Notes: generated from the letters alone by a model not told the origin. A DNA stretch of 64,000 nt from Polaribacter sp. (GCA_965656305.1 CBFHKA010000041.1:41340-105339), one strand, 5' to 3'. Positions 27,877-38,797 are shown, counted from the stretch's first letter. Numbers and translations are program-made.

Positions 27877-30279
27877 ATGCCAAAAAATCCTGAGTTAGAA
27901 CTTGCCTTTGATTTTATCAATAAAACCGATAGAAATCTCTTTATCACTGGGAAAGCTGGAACTGGAAAAACTACTTTTTTACATAAAATAAAAAATGAAT
28001 CTTTAAAAAGAATGGTTATTGTAGCACCAACAGGTGTTGCTGCAATTAATGCAAAAGGTGTTACCATTCATTCATTTTTTCAAATGCCTTTTGGTCCTAT
28101 TTTACCAAATCAACCTCAGAATACGCAACAGCAAAGAAGGTTTTCTAAAACCAAAATAGATATTATTAAATCTTTAGATTTAGTTATTATTGATGAAATT
28201 TCTATGGTTAGAGCTGATTTATTAGATGGTATAGACCAAGTAATGCGTCGTTATAAAAATAGAAATAAAGTTTTTGGAGGTGCACAAGTTTTAATGATAG
28301 GAGATTTGCAACAACTGGCTCCAGTAGTAAGGCCCAATGAATGGAGTTTACTTAGAAATCACTACGAAACTGTCTATTTTTTTAGTTCTAAAGCTTACCA
28401 AGAAGCGAATGTGGTTTCAATAGAATTAAAACATATTTATCGTCAGAAAAATGAAGATTTCATTAAAGTTCTAAATGAAATTAGAAATGATAATTTATCA
28501 GAACAATCCGCAAAAATTTTAAATAAACGTTACAATCCTACTTTTTCACCAACCAAAGATGATGGTTATATTACTTTAACTACACACAATAAAAGAGCAA
28601 ATTTAATCAACGATTCTGAACTCAATAAGCTTAAAAATAAAAGCTATTTTTTTGATGCTGAGGTTTCTGGTAAATTCAACGAAAATGCTTTTCCTAATGA
28701 TGAAAAATTAGAATTAAAAGTAGGTGCACAAGTGATGTTTATCAAAAATGATTCATCACCAGAAAAAAGATATTTTAATGGAAAAATAGGAATTATTACA
28801 GATATTTCTCGTGAAAATGTAACAGTACAATGTGCCAACGAAATTGATGAAATTGTTACAGAAAGAGAAAATTGGGACAATGTAAATTATTCCATAAACG
28901 AAGAAACTAAAGCCATAAACGAAGATGTTATTGGTTCTTTTTCACAAATTCCTTTACGTTTAGCTTGGGCAATTACCATTCATAAAAGTCAGGGTTTAAC
29001 CTTTGAAAAAGCGATTATAGATGCAGAAGCTTCTTTTGCACATGGACAAACCTATGTGGCTTTAAGTAGATGTACTTCTTTAGAAGGTTTGGTTTTAAAA
29101 ACCCCTATTACTAGTAATGCTATTATTAACGATCAAACTGTTAGTTCATTTAATGAAAGTGTTGAAGAAAATCATCCTGATGAAAGCATTTTAAATGCTT
29201 CTGAAAAAGATTTTCAGTTGAATTTAATTTCGGAATTATTTGATTATCAACCTTTTTTATACCCTTCTACTAGGTTAATCGATATTTTTTACAAAAATCA
29301 AACATCAATTAAAGGAGATATAATTGATCATTTACAAACTTTAAAAGATGATGGAGTTGTGGCTTTAATGAAAGTTTCTAACGGATTCAAAAATCAGTTA
29401 AATAAACTTTCAGAGGACAATGTTCTCCCAGAGAATAGTTCTCAAATTCAAGAACGATTTACAAAAGGAGTTGATTATTTTCTCAATCACACTAAAAGTA
29501 ATATTCAAAAACCTTTGGATGCAATTTCTTTTTCTTCTGATAATAAGGCTGTAAAAAAAGATTTTTCTAAACAGTTTGACACACTTCAGGAAAGATTAGA
29601 AGAGAAGTTATTTGCGCTGCAAAAAATGACTGAAGGTTTTAAAGTAAAAACCTATTTACAAGTAAGAGCGAATGCTGTTTTGCAAAAAACTGAACCTAAA
29701 AAGAAGAAGAAAGTATCAACTAGAAAAGATCCGTTATTAGCTTTAAAATTACGTGAATTACGAGACGAAATAAGAATAGCAGAAAATATTCCTGCATTTC
29801 AAATATTTACTCAAGAAACTTTATATGCTTTATCTGATGCTTTGCCAAGATCAGAAAAAGAATTACTTAAAGTAAAAGGAATGGGTAAAGTACGTGTAAA
29901 AAAATATGGAGAAGAAATTTTAGGAGTTATTGAGCAATATTGCAAAGAAAATGGTATTAACAAATTTAACGAACAAAAAAAAGAGGATAAAAAACCTACA
30001 AAACAAATCACTTTTGAGCTCTTTAAAAAAGGATTGTCAATAAAAGAAATTGCCAAAGAACGTAGTTTAACAAATGGAACTATTGAGAGTCATTTAGCAA
30101 GTTATATTCCTACTGGAGATGTTGATATTTTGGAGTTAATTCCGCTTAAAAAGTACAAGAAACTTATCAATCAAATAGAAGAAGTTGAGTTTAAAAACCT
30201 AACAGAACTCAAAGAAAAAGTAGACAAATCTTATACATATATGGAATTGCGTATGGTTTTATTGTCTATGGAAAATTAA
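27877..30279 (+). CDS. PIF1-like SF1B helicase with HRDC and C-terminal helix-turn-helix domains
   Basis: GKAGTGKT, APTGVAA, IIDEISMV, GDLQQLAPV, TIHKSQG, YVALSR; HRDC-like LRELRDE...IF..ETL; C-terminal TIESHL. Confidence 0.92.
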   Translation: MPKNPELELAFDFINKTDRNLFITGKAGTGKTTFLHKIKNESLKRMVIVAPTGVAAINAKGVTIHSFFQMPFGPILPNQPQNTQQQRRFSKTKIDIIKSLDLVIIDEISMVRADLLDGIDQVMRRYKNRNKVFGGAQVLMIGDLQQLAPVVRPNEWSLLRNHYETVYFFSSKAYQEANVVSIELKHIYRQKNEDFIKVLNEIRNDNLSEQSAKILNKRYNPTFSPTKDDGYITLTTHNKRANLINDSELNKLKNKSYFFDAEVSGKFNENAFPNDEKLELKVGAQVMFIKNDSSPEKRYFNGKIGIITDISRENVTVQCANEIDEIVTERENWDNVNYSINEETKAINEDVIGSFSQIPLRLAWAITIHKSQGLTFEKAIIDAEASFAHGQTYVALSRCTSLEGLVLKTPITSNAIINDQTVSSFNESVEENHPDESILNASEKDFQLNLISELFDYQPFLYPSTRLIDIFYKNQTSIKGDIIDHLQTLKDDGVVALMKVSNGFKNQLNKLSEDNVLPENSSQIQERFTKGVDYFLNHTKSNIQKPLDAISFSSDNKAVKKDFSKQFDTLQERLEEKLFALQKMTEGFKVKTYLQVRANAVLQKTEPKKKKKVSTRKDPLLALKLRELRDEIRIAENIPAFQIFTQETLYALSDALPRSEKELLKVKGMGKVRVKKYGEEILGVIEQYCKENGINKFNEQKKEDKKPTKQITFELFKKGLSIKEIAKERSLTNGTIESHLASYIPTGDVDILELIPLKKYKKLINQIEEVEFKNLTELKEKVDKSYTYMELRMVLLSMEN

Positions 30280-30317
30280 TTTTACTAACTTTAATGCATC
30301 AATCAAAAAAAACAAAC

Positions 30318-30689
30318 ATGAAACTAGGTGCATTTTCAAACAGTTTAGCAGTAAAAGACATCCATAAATCAAAAGCATTTTATGAAAAATTAGGGTTTTC
30401 TGTATTTGCTGGAGAAATTGAAAAAAATTACCTGATTATGAAAAACGGCAACGCTTTAATTGGTCTTTTTCAAGGAATGTTCGAAAATAATATTATGACT
30501 TTTAATCCTGGTTGGGATGAAAATGCAACTAAATTAGAAGAGTTTGATGATGCAAGAACTATTCAAAAACATTTAAAAAGCGAAGGTGTAAAACTAGAAA
30601 CAGAAGCAGATGAAACCACTTCAGGCCCTGCAAGTTTTGTAGTTTTAGATCCTGATGGAAATGCTATTTTATTAGATCAGCACGTTTAG
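30318..30689 (+). CDS. VOC/glyoxalase family protein
   Basis: SLAVKDIHKSKAFYEKLGF, DPDGNAILLDQHV; ATG 30318 preferred. Confidence 0.9.
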   Translation: MKLGAFSNSLAVKDIHKSKAFYEKLGFSVFAGEIEKNYLIMKNGNALIGLFQGMFENNIMTFNPGWDENATKLEEFDDARTIQKHLKSEGVKLETEADETTSGPASFVVLDPDGNAILLDQHV

Positions 30690-30692
30690 TTT

Positions 30693-32474
30693 TTAGGCTG
30701 TTACTTCCACCAATTTATTTCTGTAAGCAGTTAGTAGTTTAGATTTTGAGATAAAACCAACATACTTACCCCCTTTAAGAACAGGTAAATTCCAAGCACC
30801 ACTTGATTTAAATTTACCCATCACTTTTTCTACAGAATCAGTTTCAAGTATTATTTCTGGTGCAGCTTTCATAAAGGTTTCTATAGTTACTTTGTTATAC
30901 ATTTCTGTATCAAACATTACTGGTCTAATATCATCTAAGAGTACAATTCCTAAAAATTGCTTTTCTTTATTTATCACCGGAAAAATATTTCTTGCAGAAG
31001 CTGCCACTGCTTTTTTTAGCATATCACCTAGCAACATATCAGGATAAACTTCCTTAAAATTGGTTTCTATTAAACCATCAATTTGCATCATCATCATTAC
31101 ATTTTTATCTTTATTATGTGTAATGAGTTCTCCTCTTTGAGCTAATTTATAAGTGTAAATTGAGTTTGAAATAAAATACTTTGTAAACGAGAATGAAATT
31201 GCTGCAACCAACATCAATGGCACAAATAAGTCATAACCACCAGTAATTTCTGCGATTAAAAATATCGCAGTCAGTGGAGCGTGCAAAACTCCAGCCATTA
31301 AACCTGTCATCCCAATTAAAGTAAAATTTGCTTCAGAAACATGGAACCCCAATCCTATATTATTAATAATTTTTGCGAACGCATTTCCAAGCGCAGATCC
31401 CATAACTAAAGTTGGAATAAAAATTCCTCCAACTCCACCAGCTGCAAAAGTGGTACTCATTGCTATTGCTTTAAACAATGTAATTAAAAGCAGTAATATG
31501 ATAATAACCCAGATATTATTTTCATCAAAAGAAAAAGGAGTATTCCCAATCGCTTCTATGTGATTTCCTTTTAATAAATTGTTGATTAATCCATAACCCT
31601 CACCATATAAAGAAGGCATAACATATAAGATAACTCCTATGATGACACTACCAATTATTAAGCGAACAAATCGTTTGTCAAATTGATAAAAGAATTTTCT
31701 TATTGCAAAATAAACAAACGAAAAGTAGACAGAAATTATCCCTGTGAAAACCCCAAAAATTGCGTAAAAACCGATTTCACCAATTTCAAACTTATCATTC
31801 AACTCAAAACCTAATAAAACATCAGAACCTAAAAAAAGATAGGAAGTTACAATAGCAGCAACAGAGGCTAATAATAAAGGAACTAAAGAAACAAAAGCGA
31901 TATCTAAACTAAATACTTCTAAAGCAAAAACAATGCCTGCAATTGGCGCTTTAAACATCGAAGACATTGCTCCAGCTGTTGCACAGCCAATCAATAACAT
32001 TCTTGTTTTAGTATTCATATGAAACAGCTGAGAGGTGTAGGAAGCTAAAGCTGTACCTGCACTAACAGCAGGTCCTTGTAACCCAACAGAACCACCAAAA
32101 CCAACTGTTAAAGGTGCAGTTATTAAGGAAGCAAACATATTGTATCTTGGAATGATTCCTTTGCGTTTAGAAATTGCGTATAGTGTTGTAGAAATTCCAT
32201 GACCAATATGCTTTTTTAACCAGTTTTTTTTGATGATAGCAACAATTAATAAACCAATTATCGGAAAAATGAAATACAAAGAACTTTTATAATTTTTTAA
32301 AAAATCTATAGATAAAAGCAGTTGAATGTAGTGTGTAAGGTTTTTTAGGATAACCGTTCCAAAACCTGCTAAAAACCCTACTAAAACACTTAAAATATAT
32401 ACGAATTGACGCTCAGAGATGGTTTTATATCTCCAAATTAAAATTCTTTTAAATATTTTACTTCTTGATGCCAT
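30693..32474 (-). CDS. CLC chloride channel family protein with CBS domains
   Basis: GGSVGLQGP, GGVGGIFIP, APLTAI, C-terminal CBS pair. Confidence 0.95.
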   Translation of the reverse strand: MASRSKIFKRILIWRYKTISERQFVYILSVLVGFLAGFGTVILKNLTHYIQLLLSIDFLKNYKSSLYFIFPIIGLLIVAIIKKNWLKKHIGHGISTTLYAISKRKGIIPRYNMFASLITAPLTVGFGGSVGLQGPAVSAGTALASYTSQLFHMNTKTRMLLIGCATAGAMSSMFKAPIAGIVFALEVFSLDIAFVSLVPLLLASVAAIVTSYLFLGSDVLLGFELNDKFEIGEIGFYAIFGVFTGIISVYFSFVYFAIRKFFYQFDKRFVRLIIGSVIIGVILYVMPSLYGEGYGLINNLLKGNHIEAIGNTPFSFDENNIWVIIILLLLITLFKAIAMSTTFAAGGVGGIFIPTLVMGSALGNAFAKIINNIGLGFHVSEANFTLIGMTGLMAGVLHAPLTAIFLIAEITGGYDLFVPLMLVAAISFSFTKYFISNSIYTYKLAQRGELITHNKDKNVMMMMQIDGLIETNFKEVYPDMLLGDMLKKAVAASARNIFPVINKEKQFLGIVLLDDIRPVMFDTEMYNKVTIETFMKAAPEIILETDSVEKVMGKFKSSGAWNLPVLKGGKYVGFISKSKLLTAYRNKLVEVTA

Positions 32475-32487
32475 TTTGGTTTTTTTC

Positions 32488-32569
32488 TGTCATTGCGAAT
32501 GGAGTGAAGCAATCTCAATTTGTTATGAGATTTCTCAATCGTTCCTTCTTCACTCATTTCGAAATGACA
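32488..32569. repeat. Hybrid bipartite REP-like element
   Basis: Left arm tgtcattgcga..gaagcaatct; right arm rc tgtcatttcgaa..gagaaatct. Confidence 0.85.
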
Positions 32570-32582
32570 TTTGTGTTTTTTA

Positions 32583-33287
32583 TTATTTAGCAGACAAAAT
32601 ATCAGTCCCTAAATACGTATTGTCTTTGTTATAATACCAAGCTCTTACTTTTGGCATTTTGATATCATTAATCGTTTCTAAACCAGATAACAAAATATAT
32701 TCTCCACTATCTTTTGTTGCTTTAAAAAATTGATAAACTTCCATTGCATACGTTTTTGGATTGAAATAAAAGTACCATATATCTTTACCAACCTCTTGAT
32801 TATAAGTTGCTTTTAAAACTAAATAGTCTTTTCCTTTAAAGGTTTTTCTTTTTACTTTTTGATGAATGATTGTACCTTTATCTTTCAATTTCATTGGTAA
32901 ACCATATAAATAAGTATAGTAATTTTTATACAGATTTGCGCGTTCACAGTTTAAACTAAATTTCTTTTTGATGTCTTCTGATGGATTATTATTTCCATTT
33001 AAACTTGCAGAACAATTGTCTTTATCAATAGTATACTTAGTGATTATTGTATCTCTTTTAGCAATTACAGAAAAGTATTGTTTTGGTAAATTAATGTAAA
33101 TTTTACTTACTCTATCAGCTTTTTTAGGAGTTTCCATTGTTACAAACAGTTTTCCTTTAAAGGTTTTCCAATTTCCATTTGGATCGTGAAATTGAATGGT
33201 TTTTTTCAATAATTCATCACCAGTAATTTCTTGAGAAAATGAAATTATTGATATGAAAAGGAGTAAAAGAGTAATTCGTTTTTTCAT
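32583..33287 (-). CDS. DUF6503-like secreted protein
   Basis: Signal peptide; HDPNGNW, YTYLYGLPMKLKD, DIWYFYF. Confidence 0.7.
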   Translation of the reverse strand: MKKRITLLLLFISIISFSQEITGDELLKKTIQFHDPNGNWKTFKGKLFVTMETPKKADRVSKIYINLPKQYFSVIAKRDTIITKYTIDKDNCSASLNGNNNPSEDIKKKFSLNCERANLYKNYYTYLYGLPMKLKDKGTIIHQKVKRKTFKGKDYLVLKATYNQEVGKDIWYFYFNPKTYAMEVYQFFKATKDSGEYILLSGLETINDIKMPKVRAWYYNKDNTYLGTDILSAK

Positions 33288-33303
33288 AACTTAAATGTAA
33301 TAA

Positions 33304-33327
33304 AAAATCCTGCAAAAGCAGGATTTT
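33304..33327 (-). terminator. Terminator after aspS
   Basis: aaaatcctgc-aaaa-gcaggatttt perfect inverted repeat. Confidence 0.8.
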
Positions 33328-33330
33328 AAT

Positions 33331-35085
33331 TTATTCTTGAATATCAAGTTTTAAACTCAATTCTTGTAGCTGTTCATCATCTATAAATGCAGGTGCATCA
33401 ATCATTACATCTCTTCCAGAATTATTTTTTGGAAAAGCAATAAAATCACGAATGGTTTCTTGTCCGCCTAAAATAGCAACCAATCTGTCTAATCCAAAGG
33501 CCAAACCTCCATGAGGTGGTGCTCCATATTCAAAAGCATCCATTAAGAAACCAAATTGTGCCTTGGCTTCTTCTTCAGAAAAACCTAAATGCTTCAACAT
33601 AGTTGCTTGAATTTCTTTATCGTGAATTCTGATAGAACCTCCTCCAATTTCGTTACCATTCAATACCAAATCGTAAGCATTTGCTTTTACATCTCCTGGT
33701 TTTGAATCTAACAATTCTAATTGACCAGGTTTTGGCGATGTAAATGGATGGTGCATTGCATGATAATGACCAGTTTCTTCATCTAGCTCTAACAATGGGA
33801 AATCAATTACCCAAAGAGGAGCAAATACTTTAGGATCTCTCAATCCTAAACGTTCTGCTAATTCCATACGTAAAGCAGACATTTGTGTTCGTACTTTATT
33901 GGTTTCACCAGATAAAACACAAACTAAATCACCTGGTTTTGCACCAGTAACTTCAACCCATTTTGCTAAATCTTCTTGATCGTAAAATTTATCTACTGAT
34001 GATTTAAAAGTACCATCTTCATTTACTCTACAATAAATCATTCCTAAAGCACCAACTTGTGGTCTTTTTACCCATTTAATAATGTTATCAATCTCTTTTC
34101 TTGTGTAGGAATTTCCTCCAGGAACTGCAATTCCAACAACTAACTCAGCATTATTAAAAACACCAAAATCTTTATGTTGTGTAACTGCATTTAACTCACC
34201 AAATTCCATTCCAAATCTGATGTCTGGTTTATCATTTCCATACAAACGCATGGCATCATCAAACAACATTCTTGGAAACTTATCTACCTCAACATTATTG
34301 ATTTCTTTTAGTAAATGTCTGGTTAATCCTTCAAAAATATTTAAAATATCTTCTTGTTCAACAAACGCCATTTCACAGTCAATTTGAGTAAATTCTGGCT
34401 GTCTATCTGCACGTAAATCTTCATCTCTAAAACATTTTACAATCTGAAAATATTTATCCATTCCACCAACCATTAATAGTTGTTTGAAGGTTTGTGGAGA
34501 TTGTGGTAATGCATAAAATTGCCCTTCATTCATTCTACTTGGTACTACAAAATCACGAGCACCTTCTGGAGTAGATTTAATTAAATAAGGAGTTTCAACT
34601 TCAATAAATTCTTGATCAGACAAGTATTTACGAACTTCCATAGCTACTTTATGACGAAAAATCAAGCTATTTTTTACAGGATTTCTTCTGATGTCTAAGT
34701 ATCTATATTTCATTCTGATGTCTTCTCCACCATCAGTTTTATCTTCAATGGTAAAAGGAGGTAGCTTAGCTTCATTAAGTATTTCAAGTTTGCTAACAAG
34801 AACTTCTATTTCTCCAGTTTTTATATTATTATTTTTAGATTCACGTTCAATTACAGTTCCAGTAACTTGTATTACAAATTCTCTACCTAGAGACTTTGCT
34901 TTTTCCATCATTGCTGCTGGAGTGCGCTCTTCATCAAAAATTAACTGTGTAATTCCATATCTGTCTCTTAAATCCACCCAAACCATAAAACCTTTGTCTC
35001 TTGATTTTTGAACCCAACCTGCTAAAGTAACTTCTGTATTGATGTGTGATGCTCTTAACTCACCACAAGAATGACTTCTGTACAT
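33331..35085 (-). CDS. aspS: Aspartate--tRNA ligase
   Basis: [42 protein letters not shown]. Confidence 0.98.
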   Translation of the reverse strand: MYRSHSCGELRASHINTEVTLAGWVQKSRDKGFMVWVDLRDRYGITQLIFDEERTPAAMMEKAKSLGREFVIQVTGTVIERESKNNNIKTGEIEVLVSKLEILNEAKLPPFTIEDKTDGGEDIRMKYRYLDIRRNPVKNSLIFRHKVAMEVRKYLSDQEFIEVETPYLIKSTPEGARDFVVPSRMNEGQFYALPQSPQTFKQLLMVGGMDKYFQIVKCFRDEDLRADRQPEFTQIDCEMAFVEQEDILNIFEGLTRHLLKEINNVEVDKFPRMLFDDAMRLYGNDKPDIRFGMEFGELNAVTQHKDFGVFNNAELVVGIAVPGGNSYTRKEIDNIIKWVKRPQVGALGMIYCRVNEDGTFKSSVDKFYDQEDLAKWVEVTGAKPGDLVCVLSGETNKVRTQMSALRMELAERLGLRDPKVFAPLWVIDFPLLELDEETGHYHAMHHPFTSPKPGQLELLDSKPGDVKANAYDLVLNGNEIGGGSIRIHDKEIQATMLKHLGFSEEEAKAQFGFLMDAFEYGAPPHGGLAFGLDRLVAILGGQETIRDFIAFPKNNSGRDVMIDAPAFIDDEQLQELSLKLDIQE

Positions 35086-35102
35086 TGTAATTATCAATTT
35101 AT

Positions 35103-35125
35103 AATTCTGAATCTGTTTCAGAATT
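35103..35125. repeat. Short REP-like hairpin in the aspS leader
   Basis: aattctgaa-tctgt-ttcagaatt perfect 9-bp stem between the TAAATTTG element (rc, 35131-35138) and the ATG. Confidence 0.65.
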
Positions 35126-35210
35126 TGACTGCAAATTTAATCAATTCATTAGAAAAACATCCTCTTTTATTATTTGATTTGATACTAGAAAATCTTTGTA
35201 AATTTGTAGT

Positions 35211-35882
35211 ATGAGTAAACTATATTTAGTACCTACACCAATTGGTAATTTAGAGGATATGACTTTTAGAGCCATTAAAGTTTTAAAAGATGCAGATTTT
35301 ATTTTAGCAGAAGATACACGTAACAGTGGAAAACTCTTAAAACATTATGAGATTACTACACAAATGCACAGTCATCATATGCATAACGAACACAAATCTA
35401 TTGAAGGTATTTTAAATAGAATTAAAAGTGGAGAAACATGTGCAGTAATTTCTGATGCAGGTACACCAGCAATTTCTGATCCTGGTTTTTTGTTAACAAG
35501 AGCTTGTGTAGATAATAATATTGAAGTGGATTGTTTGCCTGGAGCAACTGCTTTTGTTCCAGCTTTAGTAAACTCTGGTTTGCCTAACAACAAATTTGTT
35601 TTTGAAGGTTTTTTACCCGTAAAAAAAGGCAGGCATAGCCTGTTTTTGTATCTTTCTGAAGAAACTAGAACAATGATTTTTTATGAAAGTCCTCATAAGC
35701 TTTTAAAAACTTTAGGCAATTTTGTAGAATATTTTGGGGCTGATAGAAAAGTATCTGTATCAAGAGAATTGACTAAAATGTTCGAGGAAACTGTAAGAGG
35801 AACTGCAACTGAAGTTTTGGGTCATTTTACTAAAAAACCACCAAAAGGAGAAATTGTTGTTGTTGTTGAGGGGAAGAAATAG
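35211..35882 (+). CDS. rsmI: 16S rRNA (cytidine1402-2'-O)-methyltransferase
   Basis: PTPIGNLEDMT, AEDTR, SDAGTPAISDPG, YESPHK, RELTK, KGEIVVVV. Confidence 0.97.
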   Translation: MSKLYLVPTPIGNLEDMTFRAIKVLKDADFILAEDTRNSGKLLKHYEITTQMHSHHMHNEHKSIEGILNRIKSGETCAVISDAGTPAISDPGFLLTRACVDNNIEVDCLPGATAFVPALVNSGLPNNKFVFEGFLPVKKGRHSLFLYLSEETRTMIFYESPHKLLKTLGNFVEYFGADRKVSVSRELTKMFEETVRGTATEVLGHFTKKPPKGEIVVVVEGKK

Positions 35883-36399
35883 TTAATTAAGTTTCATCAA
35901 TTAAATTTCTATTTTTTGAAATTATTGATGTTTTTGTGTTTTTTACAAAATTTTCAACTTGTTTAATTGTAGCTTTTTTAAATATTATTTTTAAAACTAT
36001 GATTAAAAATATCTTTCTGGCTCCAAGAATGCTTAAGCACCATATAATAAGCTTTAGATTTTCTTTTATTATTTGATTAAATTCCATAATTTCTAATTTT
36101 ATTTTGCTTAAATATTTTCGTATGAATTAATATTCTAATGTATTATGCTCTTAAAACTATTTTTTGATATTATTGTTTCATATTAATTTAATACAACTAT
36201 TATCAGTTCTTTGTAATATCTAAATTAGAATTAACAAACATATTAATAGTAAGATTATCGCAATTATATATTAAGAATATTTATTAATAAATTCCATAAT
36301 ACTTGTTTTTTTTACTAAATTAAATTATGAAAAAAGTATTTGAGATATGAAACCATTTTGATAAAAAAATTAAATTAAGTATTAATTTTAATATAAATT

Positions 36400-36744
36400 A
36401 TGACAATCCAAGAATTCAAAACCAAACTAAAAGAAAAACCAAACTCAGTATTATTTGCAGAAACCATGCAAGTAATTGAAGAGAATTACACTTTTACACC
36501 AACAACTTTTTTAAATGGTAGCATCAAAAATCAATCAGGAGAAAACTCAGGTTCTTGCAAACTATTTGCTTTTGCTGTTCACCATAAATTATCAAAACAA
36601 GAAACTTTAGCTTGTTTTGGAGAACATTATCAAAATGTTTTAGAAGATGAAAATGGAACTTCTCATCAAAATATTCGTAATTTTATGAAGACTGGTTTTG
36701 AAGGTTTGGTTTTTGAAGGTGAGGCTTTAGAATTAAAAGATTAA
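36400..36744 (+). CDS. HopJ family protein
   Basis: FAETMQVIEENYTFTPT, GENSGSCKLFAFA, HQNIRNFMKTG. Confidence 0.85.
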   Translation: MTIQEFKTKLKEKPNSVLFAETMQVIEENYTFTPTTFLNGSIKNQSGENSGSCKLFAFAVHHKLSKQETLACFGEHYQNVLEDENGTSHQNIRNFMKTGFEGLVFEGEALELKD

Positions 36745-36763
36745 AATTTCTTATCTTCAATAA

Positions 36764-37096
36764 ATGAAAAAATCTGATAATTTTTTTGATAAAGTTTATG
36801 TAGTTGCTCGAAAAATTCCTTTTGGCAGAGTTACCAGTTATGGAGCCATTGCAACCTATTTAGGAGCAGCAAGATCAGCTAGAATGGTAGGTTGGGCCAT
36901 GAACAATTCTCATACTCAAAAAGAAGAAGTTCCTGCACATAGAGTTGTCAATAAAAAAGGGTTATTAACAGGGAAACACCATTTTGAGGGTACAAATTTA
37001 ATGCAACAATTATTAGAAAATGAGGGTATTGTTGTGATTGAAAATCAAATTCAAGATTTGGACAAGGTTTTTTGGAATCCTACTGACGAACTTTAG
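36764..37096 (+). CDS. MGMT-family alkyltransferase-like protein
   Basis: IPFGRVTSYGAIA, ARMVGWAM, PAHRVV (active-site Cys replaced by Ala, Atl-type). Confidence 0.9.
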   Translation: MKKSDNFFDKVYVVARKIPFGRVTSYGAIATYLGAARSARMVGWAMNNSHTQKEEVPAHRVVNKKGLLTGKHHFEGTNLMQQLLENEGIVVIENQIQDLDKVFWNPTDEL

Positions 37097-37098
37097 CT

Positions 37099-37124
37099 CG
37101 TCATTCTGAACTTGTTTCAGAATC
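37099..37124. repeat. CGTC-tagged REP-like hairpin
   Basis: cgtc-attctgaa-cttgt-ttcagaat-c between convergent genes. Confidence 0.85.
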
Positions 37125-37138
37125 CCATCATATTATAT

Positions 37139-38509
37139 CTAAAGAAAAGTCTCATCAAACTTATCTCCTTTCCAATAATTGAAACTTTTTTTATTGATAG
37201 CAACTTTCTTTAAAAAACCTTTGTCAACCAATTCCTCTATATCTGTTCTTGCTGTTTGATTGGTAACTGAATACGTGTTTTCAATTTCTTTGACTGTAAA
37301 AGATTTTGTGCCATTTTTCTCTAATTTATAGAGAACTTCAGCTTGTCTTTCATTAATTTCTTCTTGCTGTAAATATTTTAATAAATTACTTTCTTCTTTT
37401 TTCTTTTTAGCAACATATTTTTTCAAATCTTCAAAAGCTCTCATTAACACTTTTACTTGATAATGAATAAAATACGTAACATCCATATCATCAATTTCTG
37501 TGTAGATATAGGCTTTTTCATACTGAACTTTGGTTTGCATAATCACTCTAGAAATCGATAAATATTCAGTTAGCCAATACCCGTTCTTCAGTAAATACCA
37601 ATAAAAAATAGCTCTTGCAGTTCTTCCATTTCCATCTACAAAAGGATGAATATAGCCAATCAAAAAATGTAAAATACTCGCTTTTACTATGGGATGAATA
37701 AAATCCTCTTTTGGGTTGTTATTAAAAAAACGAACAAATGAATCCATTAAACTTTCCAGGTTTTCAAATTTTGGAGGAGTATGCAAAATTTCCCCAGTAA
37801 TCTCGTTAACTACATTTACATCATTACTTTTTCTAAAAACACCAACACTTTCTTCTTCTAAAGTATTTTCTGTAACTAATTTGTGTAATTCATATAGTTT
37901 TTCAACAGAAATATCATCTTCCTTATGCTCACTAATGTATTGAATCGTTTTATAATTATTCAATATCATTTGTTCAGAATGCGTTTTTGGCTTCTTGTTT
38001 TTACGCAACATTTCTTTCGCTTTTACACGAGTAGTTGTTGCACCCTCAATCATAGAAGAAAAAACAGCTTCTTCCATTAATGCATTTTTTAGATATTGTT
38101 GTTTTTCTAATTCTGATAAAAGCTGTTCCTTTTGTAAACCTGCTCCAAAATTGAAATCTAAATAATGGAGTTTTTGGCGCAAATAAATATTTTCATTGTA
38201 ATAGTATTTTATACTATTAAAATTTGAGCTAAATAAAAACCTTCTAATTTGATTATACTTTCTATTTGCTTTCGTAGCTATCCAAAGCAATTCGTTGTTT
38301 TTGAACTTATCAAACGCTTTTCGTTTTATAGCTTTTTTTAAATTATCTATATTATCGTGATTAAGATATTTTATTTTATCCCAATAAAGATAATTTTCTT
38401 CTATTTTGGTAGTTACTTCTTGTCCTGCATATAGTATCTCATTTAAGTAAGAATTATCTATACCTGTAAATTCTCTTTCAATATTAATTTCTGGAGCTTT
38501 CTCAATCAT
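37139..38509 (-). CDS. Fic family protein with C-terminal winged helix
   Basis: Canonical HPFVDGNGRTAR, inhibitory SSMIEG motif, C-terminal TNQTARTDIEELVDKGFL. Confidence 0.95.
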   Translation of the reverse strand: MIEKAPEINIEREFTGIDNSYLNEILYAGQEVTTKIEENYLYWDKIKYLNHDNIDNLKKAIKRKAFDKFKNNELLWIATKANRKYNQIRRFLFSSNFNSIKYYYNENIYLRQKLHYLDFNFGAGLQKEQLLSELEKQQYLKNALMEEAVFSSMIEGATTTRVKAKEMLRKNKKPKTHSEQMILNNYKTIQYISEHKEDDISVEKLYELHKLVTENTLEEESVGVFRKSNDVNVVNEITGEILHTPPKFENLESLMDSFVRFFNNNPKEDFIHPIVKASILHFLIGYIHPFVDGNGRTARAIFYWYLLKNGYWLTEYLSISRVIMQTKVQYEKAYIYTEIDDMDVTYFIHYQVKVLMRAFEDLKKYVAKKKKEESNLLKYLQQEEINERQAEVLYKLEKNGTKSFTVKEIENTYSVTNQTARTDIEELVDKGFLKKVAINKKSFNYWKGDKFDETFL

Positions 38510-38513
38510 AATT

Positions 38514-38640
38514 CAATTTATTTCCTAATTTTTGTAAAATTTACAATTAATTACAAATATACAATTTATCCTAATAGTTCCTAATTTATCAAAAATTAGG
38601 AAATAATTACAAAATTAGATTAGTGTAATTTGTAAAATTA
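38514..38640. promoter_or_regulatory. Fic promoter region with operator-like repeats
   Basis: Perfect IR ttcctaattt-atcaa-aaattaggaa (38578-38602), extra ttcctaattt at 38522, rc TATATTTG at 38554-38561. Confidence 0.5.
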
Positions 38641-38797
38641 GTGCCCAAAAACAGTCTATAATTTCCACTTATCAATCTATAAACAAACCTAATTTATTCT
38701 CTTTATTTTATAATAAGTATGCTGTATCTTTGTAATGTAGATTAAATAAAAATAAGAAGAGTTTTATAACCAATAGCTACAAACAAATAGCAATAAA

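Noticed and set aside
32419-32634. 71-aa ORF containing CHCEWSEAIS
   Set aside because: It is the translation of the palindromic repeat and overlaps both flanking genes on the opposite strand
36400-36744. HopJ protein as evidence of type III secretion or virulence
   Set aside because: No T3SS genes in the window; the family name alone does not imply effector function
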